From contig CM068750.1 of assembly GCA_035084275.1 (NCBI GenBank), positions 8,742,001 through 8,806,000 of the forward strand: a stretch of 64,000 bases of DNA, written 5' to 3'. The notes beneath the pieces are model-generated. The model was not told where the DNA came from, ran no database searches, and saw only the letters and a list, made by a program, of their open reading frames with translations. The translations under genes and the position numbers were made by a program. Positions within the stretch are counted from its first letter, which is position 1, and every line of letters starts with the position of its first letter. Positions 22,742 through 34,993 of this stretch are shown in pieces. The DNA comes from Hydrolagus colliei. Taxonomy: Eukaryota.

Positions 22742-25629
22742 ACAGGTGTGTACAATTTTTAATTGAATCGAAAATGGAAGCCCAGAATCTCGCGTTAAGA
22801 CCATTCAAGGAGATACAGTGATGACCAAAAGTGTTGTGTGTGATGAATGTCCTTCAACCCATTTGTTTTCAGGTTTCCTTAATTGCTTTACAGTATTTGC
22901 ATTCTTTACTCCGTTAAGTATTTTCTCTACCTCTAGAAAGTTGCCCTGAAGCAACTATTTTTAAGACTGAAGAGCTCCATCTTATCTAATCACTCTATTT
23001 AGCAGTTGGGTTCATGGTCTTGCTCCTCTGCAAAAGCTTCATGGACTTGTATTTAAAGATCAAGAGTAATTAATGTGACAAAATTGTAATTCTTTTTTTA
23101 TATAAAGTTTCTGCATAACTTGACATAATAGCATTTTAACTTCATGTAATAGCATTTAAATTTATATTGTATTTTAATTTCACATTGTAGCATGTTAATC
23201 GTGATTGAATGTTAATGTTTGGCTGCTCTCTTGTCATATACATTAGGCTAAATTCCCCAAACAAATATGATTATAAACTGGCCATTGAAATCCCATTGAA
23301 AGTAATGGACACTCTGGAACCCATTAGAATAAAAGACTACTGTTCTGCCCATTCCTGCATTCAAGACAGACTGTGCAAAAGGTGTGACCTTTCCACATGG
23401 TGCACCTGTTGTTAGGCATAACATTGCACATTGCTGTTTTCTCAGTACTGTATATGGAAAAATCAACTTTTGTTTCATGCTCTGGTGTGATAGTTTGGTG
23501 ATAATGGGCTTTAAATCCACCATTTCCTTCCACATCCCGATTGTGGGATAGGGTAAAATTGGAAGTATTTTTACATGTAGTCTATTTTGCAGGGTGGGAA
23601 CAGAATGTACAGTATGCCACATTGCATTCCTTTGCATTTATAGCGCATTCGTCAATTTCCTAAATACTGCAGTTTGCACACATTTATTGCTGTTTAACAA
23701 ATAGTTAGGTACTAATATTGAAACCAGCTCCCAGTGAGCAGATTTATTTGATTACTTTGTGCAGACAGCTGGCAACGGATCTTTGTACTTTTCTGAACTT
23801 ATTTTTATACAGGTCTCACTTGTTATTCAGGTCTCTATTTATTTGGGGAAAAGGCAACTGTCTACATATCTATTGGAACAGTGTAAAGTAGCCATTTTGG
23901 ATACATAATGTACTTGTTCAGTTATTTTCAGATGTACAGTATTCAAGTTGTGTATAAAATGTATATTGCATTGGGTGAAGTTCTGAGGTGATTCTTTCAC
24001 TGGGGAGAAGTAATCCCTTCCATAATAAATCCCTCCACATCATTGCCAAATTCCAAAGGGGTATCAAATACAAGTGGCGAGGTTGGCCCCTCTTGAAATG
24101 TAACCATCTGAAAAATTAGAGTTGAGTAAAGTAGCCAAATTGATCATCTGGGCTTTGATTGTCTTCCAGTAAAGAAAAAGAGGGGGAAACATGTTCCATT
24201 TGAGCTGCAGTTGATGAGGATGACCGAAAGGCCAGGAATTCCTGAGATAAAGCCATGGAAATGTGTGCTCTGATCTCTTGTGGTACGAGGGTTGATGGAT
24301 CAGAATAATACATTGATTGAACCACAGGATATAGACTTGTGGACAAAAGTAAATGTGGCAGATGCCAGAAACAAATGTTCTTCAGAATGTGAGTACTGAG
24401 GAATGTTGCAGGAAAATGTTGTGGAGATGAGATAACCTGGGACATGGTTATTCAGTGCTCTTTGTTGGAACCAGATACCTGTTGTGCTCGATATGCTCCT
24501 TTACCATCACATGCTGCTTTAGTTGTTGCTTCAAGACAATTTATGGTATGGTACCCCTTTCGAAATGGGTAATTGTGAGAACAGAATGTTTGAAATGGTC
24601 ACAACCTTGTCTTAAGTAGCACCTTTTTGTGGGTGCTAGGATGTAGTGTATTTTACAAAATACCTCCTAGAGCTTTACAAAGAATTGCAGAGCAGACTGG
24701 GATAGTGGAGGAGTTTACAACATTGCCCAACGGAAGTCAAACAGATGGACGTAATATATTATGAAGCACCAGAGGTCCTCAGGGGCGACTGAACAAGGAT
24801 AACTTATTGATGCGATTGATACCCGATGCATTAAAGAACTTTTAATTGTAATCAATATCATGTGACATATCATTAGTTTGATCCTAGCCTTAGATAGGAA
24901 GAAGTCTATTATTGTATTTCTGTGCTATAAAGAATTTTCTTTTGTGTTCTGCAATAGGTAGCATTGTGGCCAAAGCTGCGCAGCTTCTCTGCTTATTTTT
25001 CTAAGCTTAAAATTGATGATGCTAATTATCCGAGTAATTTTTGGAAACATCACAACCATACCTTTTAATATCGGAAAAGCACGATCACTTTATGTCTCTG
25101 GTGTTCACAGTGCAACTATTAATCATTTTGCCATTCCGCTGTGTGCTGGGATACTCAGGGTTATTCTGTGATTTTTATGATTAAGTGGCTTTGGGGAACT
25201 TGAGTTCAGAAGAATCGAATCCAAATACAGATGATCTTTTTAAATATTTCCAATTAATTCTTCCAATAATTAGAGGTACAGTAATAATAATTCTGCAAAT
25301 ATAATTGAGGCCATTATGTATTTTCCTTGGTGAATGAATAATTTATCATTTATTTTCCATATACTACAAGCTCACTATTTAATACAAGATTAACCACTGC
25401 TGATGAATGGTGATGAGGGACATTGAATAAAATATAAAATGTTCTCAAATCCAGTTGCCAAGTACAGGGAGAACGTGCTGAACGCCAATTATTGTATAAA
25501 GATTTACTGATGTGTGAGCCAAAGAACTCTTAAAGGTCACAACAAATGTATCATGAAATCCAGTTGCTGAGGAGAGTTCTTGGGTCGAACTCTGGCAAGG
25601 ACCAACAAGTCTATTACAGCATTCTGAAG

Positions 25630-25935
25630 TTCTGGAGAACGTTCAGAGAAGAGAAGCCACAATAATTATTGGACTTGGAGCTTCTTCTTGTAAAGAGAGG
25701 CTTACATTTTTCCACTGGGACAAAGAGGATTGAAATGTGATTTGATCAGGACCAAATAAGATGTTATTTGACTTGGATGTTCTAGTTTTGCTTTGAAGGT
25801 CTAATTTTAAAATGGAAAAAGGCCTTACGCAAATCTAGAAATGTTCAATCTAGTGGATATGTGAAACAAACTCCAACATAAACGTAATTGGGAATGGTAG
25901 ATTTGTGATAATTTAAAAGAGCAGTGCATAAATAC
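25630..25935 (+). mobile_element. Degenerate CR1 LINE 3' fragment
   Basis: ctggagaacgttcagagaaga (LENVQRR), gagaggctt (ERL), tgatttgat and later atgtgaaacaaactcc occur in CR1 ORF2 order. Confidence 0.6.
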
Positions 25936-25961
25936 AGTCATTACAAAACGGTATCAAAGAT

Positions 25962-26552
25962 ACAACTTCGAATTATATAGTGTCCTCCATGCCGCACGGT
26001 GTCTCAGAGCACTTCACAACAATGGATCCCATGGACGAGCCAGGGGCAGAGGGAGAAAAGTGATGGAAGACGCAGTTGAAGAGAAAGGTCTTTAGCTGAG
26101 ACCTGAAACTGGGAAGAGAGGGGGCGAAGCGAAGGGAGTGAGGAAGGGAGTTCGAGAACCTCAGGGCATAGTGGCTGAAGGCAGGGCTGCCTTCAGCCCT
26201 GCCTTCAGGATTCGGGTGACAAGGAGGAGGTCAGACCCGGTAGAGCGAAGGTAGAGTAAGCTGTTTTGAGGAGGGAGGAGGTAGGGAGATGCAGAGGCGT
26301 AGAGGAATTTGAAAACAAGGGCGAGGATCTTGAAATCAATCCTCCCTGGGTCAGGGAGCCAGTGAAGTCTGGTAAGGACTGGGGAAATGGGGGAGCGAAG
26401 TTTGGTGCGGGTAAGAATGCGGGCGGCAGAGTTTTGTATGAGTTGGATTTTAAGGATTGTGGTGGAGGGGAGCCGGCGAGGAAGGTTTTGGAATAGTCCA
26501 GCCGAAAACTAACAAGGCATGGATCAGTGTTTCAACGGCTTTTGGGGTCGTG
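25962..26552 (-). mobile_element. L2 LINE 3' fragment (~590 bp)
   Basis: Minus strand translates, with frameshifts, PKAVETLIHA-VSFRLDYSKTFLAG-PSTTILKIQLIQNSAARILTRTKLRSPISPVLTRLHWLPDPGRIDFKILALVFK, typical of the L2 ORF2 C-terminus. Tail at 25962-26015. Confidence 0.92.
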
Positions 26553-27367
26553 AAGAAAGATCATGAGGAAAGAGCAAGGGAAGACACATATGCACTGGCA
26601 TAAACAGCAGTCTGTAAACCTTCATGTGTGAAACTCCGTAATAGCCACTCATCTTCATTGTAGCTGATCTTCAATATTTAACTGTGTTGGGTTCTCTTGT
26701 GATGCTGTGTGTGTGTGTTTTTCTCACAACTGTACATGATTTGAATGAAACTCGGTGTAAAATATATCTGAAGTCCAGTCAATCAGGTATTTATTTGCTG
26801 CTGGTAACTGGCAAAGCACCATCTTATATTGAGAGAACCCTCAGTCTTACTGTAGAGTGTAGATGTTGCAGTATTGCCTGTTGATGTTGAAACATTTTGT
26901 CAGGGTTACTGATCCCAGCAGCCACCTCCGTCATGTCACTCATTTCCCTTCTAACTTCAACAACAGGTTGAATTTATAAATCTGAAGCTGCCAGGGGCTG
27001 TTTAAGTTTCCAGTCCCTGGTATTTGTTTTCGCTCTTCTATTTGTTTTCAGGATACACAATGTAAACCCAGATTATAATAATTCAATCCAGTTTGTACAT
27101 TTATATTCCACATAGAGTCTTTTGCATACCAAGTCATTGGAAGTATGTGCAAATCAAATAAGCAAAATGCTGCAAATATTGTGAATGTGATTCTTGCGTC
27201 TGGACTTTGTAGTGTGGAAAGTACTTAAAATCCTTCTGCATTTAATTAGCCAATGATAGCAAATACAGTATGAAGTTCAACGTACAAGGGAGCGCCATGC
27301 ACAAATTAAGATTAAGTGGACCAATTCTAGAAAAGATTCAAAGCAAGCTTAAATGACTGAATAATTC

Positions 27368-27500
27368 AATAATAATAATAATACTGCTAATAATACATTT
27401 GATATCGCACTTTATTAAGTCATTGAGTCGTCTCAAAGCGCTTCACAGCATATATTTGAAAAGTGGATAGACTGTGCATTTTATGGACAAAACACCCACA
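27368..27500 (-). mobile_element. SINE/L2 tail fragment
   Basis: (aat)n...catttgatatcgcactt...gtctcaaagcgcttcacag. Confidence 0.7.
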
Positions 27501-28384
27501 CAAAATACTGAAATGCCAAACATAGAAAATACTAAAATGGGATCAGGTTTTCACTTTCATTCCCATCTTTGGCTTTTTCCCACAGGGTAGCAGCAATTTT
27601 ATTTCTGAGGTATGATCTCAAATGACTCTTCCCTCATGATTCTCCCTCCAAACGAGGACACCACGTGTTCTGTGAATTACTTTTTGAACAACAACAGAAT
27701 CAAACTGATTAAGATCTACCCTCAAATTTGTTGACTCAGCCATTCCTTTTGGTTAGGGTGGTTATTTTGTGTATAAGATAAACCTGTTTTTACTTACAAA
27801 ACTTTTTTTTTTGTCCTGTGTAATTAATGTCAGTGTAGTACAGTCATACAATTACTTATTCAAACATACCAGCATTTTTGGTGGTGTTCTTCCACAAAAC
27901 ATTAGGGGCAACGTAAAAATGTAATGCATTTTCCATAGCAAGCCAGCCAGCTCAGTAATTTTAGTTGCATTCAAACAGCCTTTGCAATAATCCTGGCCCA
28001 AAGAGATTATTTGATGAGATGTTTCAGTATCATGTACCACTGTTAAAAGCAGTCTTGACATTTTCCATTCCAGCCCATCATTATTTAAGATCATCAACAT
28101 AGAATTATTGCTTAATTCTGGGTTTACTACCCTCATCGTACATTAAGTAAACTAACATGGCAGAAAATAATTGACTAATGCATAAAGAAATCTTACCTTG
28201 TACAGTCTTTTTTGCATGCCTCCCATCTGTACCAAAAGTTTGAAATTAACATAATAAATTAAGAAATCTTACACTGCAATAAGATTACAACTTTATTTTA
28301 TAGTGAAATGAAATGCCAAGAGCTAAAGGTCTTTATAATCTGGGCAGTCATCCATTAAATAAACTGGCAAATTGAATAGGTTGA

Positions 28385-28507
28385 ACTCCAGAGTATGGGG
28401 CTAGGGTAGGTGAATAGGACTGAAAAGATTGCTCTTGAAAGAGCCAATATAGACATGATGAGCTGAATGGCTATTTTCTGTGCTGTAAGTTTCTACGGTT
28501 CTATGAT
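28385..28507 (+). mobile_element. CR1 3'UTR end
   Basis: gagccaatatagacatgatgagctgaatggctattttctgtgctgtaagtttctacggttctatga ends in CR1-type octamer repeats. Confidence 0.7.
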
Positions 28508-30719
28508 GAATTTCTTTTCATTGTTTGTTCAAGTCTCTGCATTCGTGAAGGACCTGTACAGATAGATCTGGTATTGTCAATATTATTGTCAAATATTACT
28601 TCGAACTGAAACATTGCATACACAGGCACAGTTTTATTGGATTAACATCCAGATGAATCATCAAACCTTACTTTAGAGTGGTACATGAGAAGCTGTCAGC
28701 TATTGCAAGCATTGACTTTGATCCGAAATATTCTATTCAATTAGAGATAGCATAACGAGTTGAAGAGTCACATACTTGTGCGATATTTTATAATTTGTTA
28801 TCAACTTATTATGTTGTGAATTATGAGCACTGGTTTCCTTGAGCCCACATCCACACTAAAGTTTATCGAAGCAGCAATGAATCAGCAGTGATTTTTGAAG
28901 CCATATAATCAAAGAACATAGCAGAAATGACCTTGGATTCTAAGCAGATACACATGACAAAAATCTGACTTGTGAACAGAGATTAAGAATTGTGTGGCAG
29001 AAAAGCAAAGCATTATGGACAGATATAATTTAAGATGTATCTGCTGTGGAGAAAGGCCTTTCTGTGCAAAATAAATTCTCATTTTGGAAAAGGGCAAGAA
29101 ATGAGATTTAATAGTCATTGTGGGTGTTCTGAAACAGAATAGGTTATTATTGAGCATAGTTAATTTGGAACAACCCTACATCTGTGCTTGTGTGGCTGCA
29201 ATTTAATACCAGTTTAGTTTCTAATGTAACAATGTGAGACAATGACGTTTTCTTTTTACACTGGATAAAATCCTTTACACTGGATTAAGTACTTTGTCTT
29301 AGTGTTTGATTGATTTAGCTCTGCTCATGAAGAACACTCATACATATTTGAGGTGAGAGAACTGGTTCAGGTTCAATTGATGTACTTGGTATTAAAATTA
29401 GCCAATACTGCCTTATTAAACTGTGTGAACCAAGACACTCCTCCCCACACTCTATCCCAGCAGACATGTCCTTGGACAAACTCTTTACTCACTTTAGATT
29501 TCAAGAAGAATTGTAGCTTCCCTTTTTGTGAAGTTCTGAAAAGCAAAGTGACACTCGCTTCCTTAAATGTATACATTTGTGAAACGAAAAGGCAATTTAG
29601 GGGCAGTAAATTGTTGGTCAGTAACAGAACATTTCATTTGTTGTTATTAAATCTAGGAGGATTGGATGTTTTAAGATCATTGGTACCTTGTAGTTATTTT
29701 TGTGACTGGGACAATACTGGTTGATATTGTTGCTACGTTTGCCTAAAAAAGCAGTCACTATGTTTTGACAATTAATTGGGAGAAGCTTTGATGTAATAAA
29801 GAGCTGTAACAATGACATTTCTTTTAGTTCATTGCCTATTTCATGTTTTAGATTTTCATTAAATCCTAATGCAGCTAGCAAGCAGTAATTTTTAATTTAG
29901 AGACGTTTCCCTTGATAACGGCAGACAATATAATACCGCCCACCAGACACAATAAGGCTCATTTGCTTTCTGGCTTCTTGATCTGTTGCAGATAACTTTT
30001 CTTAATCTGTAATTTTTATTTCCTCCCTGGAATACAGTGGGAGAATTTTACTTCGTGAATTGTGTTTTCGATGTGAAAAGCAGATGGTGTCTGTGTCAGG
30101 TGCAAAAAGACAGATTGTGAAGTAATGCAATATTTATAGGTTGACTTCTAGGGTGAAATTTATTTTACATGACGCATTGCATTGTGCAACTTTTGAAAGG
30201 ATCTGTTATAAAATATATTCGGTACAGTTCATTTCTTTTTTTAAAAAAAAGACCCTTTGTGGAATACAAACCTTTACCATCTGTGCAAATTGCTGTGGAG
30301 TTTTACTCTAGTGAAAACAAATTGAATTGGAAATGTCCGTGGTGTTGGTGATCAGTGAGCTTGCAGCTGTCTTGACTCCAGCATTTTTGTCTGCTTACCT
30401 CGGACTGATTCAATACAGTACTCAAGTGTGGTGCCTCCACATCCTGTATGCCTCAATAATGCTGGCACCCTTAAATGCTGGTCTGTTTTGCAATGTTGCC
30501 ATTCCACTAAAATAATCTTCATAAAATAACAGAAGATGGATCTGATCCACCAAGCCTTGCTTCTATGTCCTAGTTTCTTCTGTTTCATTCAAAATGCTGG
30601 AAAATTTTTGAATGTCGAACTTAGTTGTAAACCGATCAAGCGAAATAAATAAAACCAGTGAGTGGTGTTTTTGCTAGAAGATGTGATGTATCCTTAAGAA
30701 ATGCAGCTATTTCACGGCT

Positions 30720-30810
30720 GTAGCATCGATGTGATCGATATTCAGCACCTTGGGACTTCCTCTCGACGTGAAAGGCACTCTATAAATGTAATTTTGTTGC
30801 TGTTTGTTGT
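30720..30810 (+). mobile_element. L2 3'-terminal remnant
   Basis: ttcagcaccttgggacttcctctcgacgtgaaaggcactctataaatgtaattttgttgctg. Confidence 0.8.
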
Positions 30811-31496
30811 AATAGTGAACCGAAATCAAAGCATGTTTTATGACCACGATCCACAAGAGAAATGGCTTTCTTTGCTGTCACTATTTATCACCTGCATATT
30901 ACCCATTCTCGTGAGATCGGCTAGTCTGAAGGAATAACAAAATTGAGCCAAATCAACCAGTGGTTAAGAGAGTTATTTTTAGACTTTAAATGATTTCTTT
31001 TCATCACAAAGTCCCAAAATATATATAACAATAAATCTGTCCTTGTCTGGCCGAGCTGGAATTTCCTGTGTGCTGGACATTCCATAGTTCAGATGGTGAT
31101 GGTGCAACATTCAAAGAAATCACAGTGTCCCACTAGAAAATAGAATACAATAAGACTCTATTTCTACGGGTTGTGCTAACCATGTCTATAGAAAAAATCA
31201 TATTAGTGATTTATATTATATAAAGTTTCACTTTAATATGCTTTTTTTTCTCTGTATCTTTTCCCACCTAACTGTTATTTAATGTGTCTCATTTGGACTG
31301 ATCTGTAAATCTTGCAAGCCTGTGTGTAGCGAAGTGCAGCATCGGCTGGCACAGGTTTTACTGTTGGTATCATTAATTGGTGCATTCATTTTGCAGAGAA
31401 AATGCAAGTGGCATGTGTTGAGTGACTAACCTGTAGACAATTCACAAGTAGCACAGTGGGATTAGGATATCCAAAATAAAGGTTTACTGCATCATT

Positions 31497-31890
31497 CTGG
31501 CTCCGTTGGTAACACTCTCTGGGTCAAAAGGCTGTGTGCTTGAATCCCCCCTGGACTTCAGCTCATATTCGAGACTGACATTCCAGTTGAAGTACTTTGG
31601 TGATGTCATCCTTTCAGATGAGATGTTAAATCTAAGTGCTATCTGCTTGTTTTAGTATACAATTGAATTGTATGGTGGCAAGCTTTCTGTGAAGAACAAG
31701 GTATTTTTTCCCAGTGTCTTGTTCCAGGTGCAACGTACCTTTCCTCCTAATTTGCACAAAGATCAATGAATTGTTATTCACTTTATTTATGTGATTCGGG
31801 TTTTGTATTTGGCTGGCACATAAATGATTGCCTTTTTAAAGCAACTCTTTGTGTTCTTTGAGATATACAGCACTGTATTTAGGTGCTAGT
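31497..31890 (+). mobile_element. Degenerate near-full-length DeuSINE (SacSINE1-like)
   Basis: tRNA-like head tggctccgttggtaacactct...ttgaatcccc, Deu-like core ctttcagatgagatgttaaa...gaagaacaagg...cccagtgtcttg, and a tail remnant ctttgagata...gcactgtatt. Confidence 0.7.
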
Positions 31891-32610
31891 ATCTAATGAG
31901 GGTATTATTAATAATGGTACAATTGAAGGCGATTTTAATAAGATAATAGGCTCACAACTGCCTAAAGTGCCAGGAATTATTGCTGAATTCAGAGATTACA
32001 AACAAATTCTTGCCAGGTGCTTAGAAATTGCTTAGGGTCCACACTGTCAGGCTCACTTAAGATTTTCTTTTAAAAACTGTTAATGTACAAAATTAGCTTT
32101 TAATAGAACTAATGGTGTGTGTGTGTGTTAATGACTGGATCTAAGCAGTTCCCCTCCCAATAGTACAGGCAAGTGAGAAACTCAATTTTATACTTCCCGC
32201 TTCACATTGAATCTGGCATGAAAAGTTTCAGTCCATGGCATTATGTGTTGTGTAGTGAAGATAGCAGGCAAACCATTGACTATATTTCTGCTCATATTGA
32301 TGGAAACTATGGGATGGGGTGATTTTCCATTGCCCTGAGTTTCAGGGAATCCTTCTTTTAATAGAAAGAAAGCTCTGCCATGGCAAGAGCCTCTGGCCTG
32401 TCTGGACTGAAGAAAGAATGGTACCAGATTAACATTTTCTGGAACATTTTATAGGTACTTAAATCTGAGGTATAAATTGTTGAAAGAAAACAGATGGAAC
32501 GCAGCTGCTATACAACCGTGTAAAGACAAGAGTGACATTTGTGATGGATCAATAAGCCTGGGTCATTCTCTTTGGATAATATGTCTGAAATACGTCACTT
32601 AGAATGCTTC

Positions 32611-32668
32611 AACAATAACAAAATTACATTTGTAAACAGGCTTTCACATCTGGAGGATGTCTCAAGAT
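32611..32668 (-). mobile_element. L2 3'-terminal remnant
   Basis: aacaataacaaaattacatttgtaaacaggctttcacatctggaggatgtctcaag. Confidence 0.75.
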
Positions 32669-32829
32669 GGTTTCTTCAGCTCATGCGGAATTGTACATGA
32701 AACTGTGCAATGCTGATGCAGAACACAGTCCAAGAGTTCGCTGTAGTAGCTTTCACGATTTATTTTTATTTAAACATTATCTGAGGAATGTGCCAAGTTG
32801 TATGAATGGAAACTTATTGTGTTCTCATA

Positions 32830-33000
32830 ATATTATAATCCTTGCATTTGACATTCTTATCAAATAAAAACTTATCAAAGAGTAAGACTGTATATTTGTT
32901 GGTGAACATGGCAGCCAATTTGTACACAGCAATGCTCCACTAACAGCTAGGAGGTGCGTGACCAATTAATTGGATGAGTGTTGGTGTGGTTGGAATAGGT
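32830..33000 (-). mobile_element. SINE 3' fragment (Deu/tRNA-SINE body and tail)
   Basis: ataatccttgcatttga...aacatggcagccaatttgtacacagcaatgctccac. Confidence 0.65.
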
Positions 33001-33087
33001 AAGATCTCTCAAGGATCTAGACTGGCTGCACGGTGACATGATTGATGATGGAGTGTAGAATTGGGGTCCTTAACTTTTGTCCTTGAA

Positions 33088-33205
33088 AACCTCTCCCTCC
33101 CAACATGCCCCAGTTCTGATGAAGGGTCGTGGACCTGAATTTGACTCACTTTCCTTTCCCTATGGATGCTGCCTGTTTTCCCAGCAACTTCTGTTTTTGT
33201 TTGTA
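33088..33205 (+). mobile_element. Penelope-like element terminal fragment with decayed hammerhead core
   Basis: agttCTGATGAagggtcgtggacctGAAtttgactc...ggatgctgcctg...cccagcaacttctgtttttgtt matches the Penelope-type terminus I recall from cartilaginous fishes. Confidence 0.65.
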
Positions 33206-33821
33206 GAATCGGGGTGAAGTTCTGTGTGGTACAGTTGGTATTACCAATATCTGAGTTAGGCAGACAAGTCTGTACTAATTCAGGGCACTGTTGTTGGATT
33301 AGACTGCCAGGCACATCATTGGGACAGGAGGGTAGGTGCATAACTTGGGAACTGGAATCTATCCACTTGGTTCCTTCCAGTTGGCTCCTGCTAGCAATGC
33401 AAGTTAATAAATCAGGTGATTCTAGATAGACAAGCAAGGGGAAGTTTAACAATGTCTCATGAAGGTAAAACAAGCCACTTAGTTGGATCAATTACAACAG
33501 CAACTCAACTTGAACTTTCCCATCAGATTACAAGTCCCCAAGTGAGAATTAAGGGATTCCCTGGATATGGATGACCTGAATGCTTATAAAGAGATTCACA
33601 ATGATTCCATATTAGTTCAATAATTCACCTTGGCTCAATCTATCCTTGCTCAAGAGCCACAATGTTCCAAAGCAGGTATATATATGTGATAGTTATTGAA
33701 ACGATTGTTCAATTGCCAACAGGGGCGTGTTCTCATCTTCAACTGTAAAATGGCATCGTCCCATGTTGAACTTTCAGGTGGGGAATCCATTTGCTTTGCT
33801 GTTCAACTGTATCAGGTAAAA

Positions 33822-33882
33822 ACAAGAACAAAATTACCTTGATTCAGCGCCTTTCACATCGGGAGGACATCCTAAGGCGCTG
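33822..33882 (-). mobile_element. L2 3'-terminal remnant
   Basis: aacaaaattacc...agcgcctttcacatcgggaggacatcctaaggcgctga. Confidence 0.8.
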
Positions 33883-34054
33883 ATGGGAGTCTGCTGAAAT
33901 GGTCATTGTTGTTTCTATTTGTTCATTTTCCTGCCTAGAATTCAGCAGTGCTGGGAGCATTCTCAATCCAGTGTATGTACAGTATGTACTTTGCTGTCTG
34001 ACAATCTGGTTTGTATTGCTGGCTCTTTGTTTTCTGCAAATTAATTGAAGGATT

Positions 34055-34495
34055 AGACTAATGCCTGGGCTCAAGGGGTTTAGTTATGATGAGAGGCTTG
34101 GTAAGCTTGGGTTATATTCCATAGAGCAGGGGAGGTTAAGGGTGACTTGATTGAGGTATTTAAAATAATGAAAGGAATTCAGTCAGATAGTGGAGAATTC
34201 TTTCCCTTGGAAGAGAGATCAAATTATAAAGGGGCATAGCTTTAAACTCAGAGCCAAAATAAGTAAAACTGCGGTCAGGAAGCATTTCTTCAAATAGATG
34301 GTTATGAAGATGTGGAACACACTATTCCTGAAAGCTGTAGAGGCAGAATCAATGGGAATATTTAGAAGAGAGCTAGATAGATAGTTGAGCAGTAGAGGCT
34401 TAAAAAGATATGAAAGGGCAGGGAATTGTGATTATAGGATTTGATAATATCTAATAAATGGGTGGAATAAGATTGATAGATTAAATGGCCAGTTC
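34055..34495 (+). mobile_element. CR1 LINE 3' fragment (best-preserved CR1 in the window)
   Basis: RLMPGLKGFSYDERLGKLGLYSIEQGRL/GDLIEVFKIMKG...KGHSFKLRAK...RKHFF..VMKMWNTL..KAVEAESMGIFRRELD. Confidence 0.92.
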
Positions 34496-34774
34496 AATGT
34501 CACTACATACCTAAGTTATTTCTCTTCTTATATTGAGACTACGACAGACCTTGCTTCCTTGTCCCATTCCTCATAGGACTACAAGAGATGTCTATTGCTA
34601 TTTCTGAACTTTTCTTGCAATATTGTGAAATACCAACACCAGGCATAGATGTATTGATTATAAAGAAAAATGTATTTAAAAATTCAAAGAGAAAAATGTA
34701 ATGATCATTTAGTTTAAACCCCAATTGCAAACTATATTCCCACTTCCCGTCATGCCCAAGCACCCCCTACCTAT

Positions 34775-34993
34775 CCATGCCTTCAACCATTGTGCCCTGA
34801 AACTCTGCAATTCTCTCCCTTAATCCTTCTGCCTTGGTACGTCCCTCCCCACTTTTGAATGTCACCTGGAGACCTTTCTTTTTGATTGTGCTTGTAATCC
34901 TCTCTTCGCCCTCACTCGATGACAGACTTCTCCCCTGTCAATCGCTCTGGGACGCTACCCCATATGAAGGGCGCTTCATAAATGCAAGTTGTT
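34775..34993 (+). mobile_element. L2 LINE 3' fragment
   Basis: AFNHCALKLCNSLP*..TSLPTFECHLETFLF, then tail gctctgggacgc...tgaagggcgcttcataaatgcaagttgtt. Confidence 0.75.

Noticed and set aside
33009-33491. 160-aa minus-strand ORF, the longest non-gap ORF
   Set aside because: Overlaps the Penelope-type fragment antisense; no recognisable domain or splice context.
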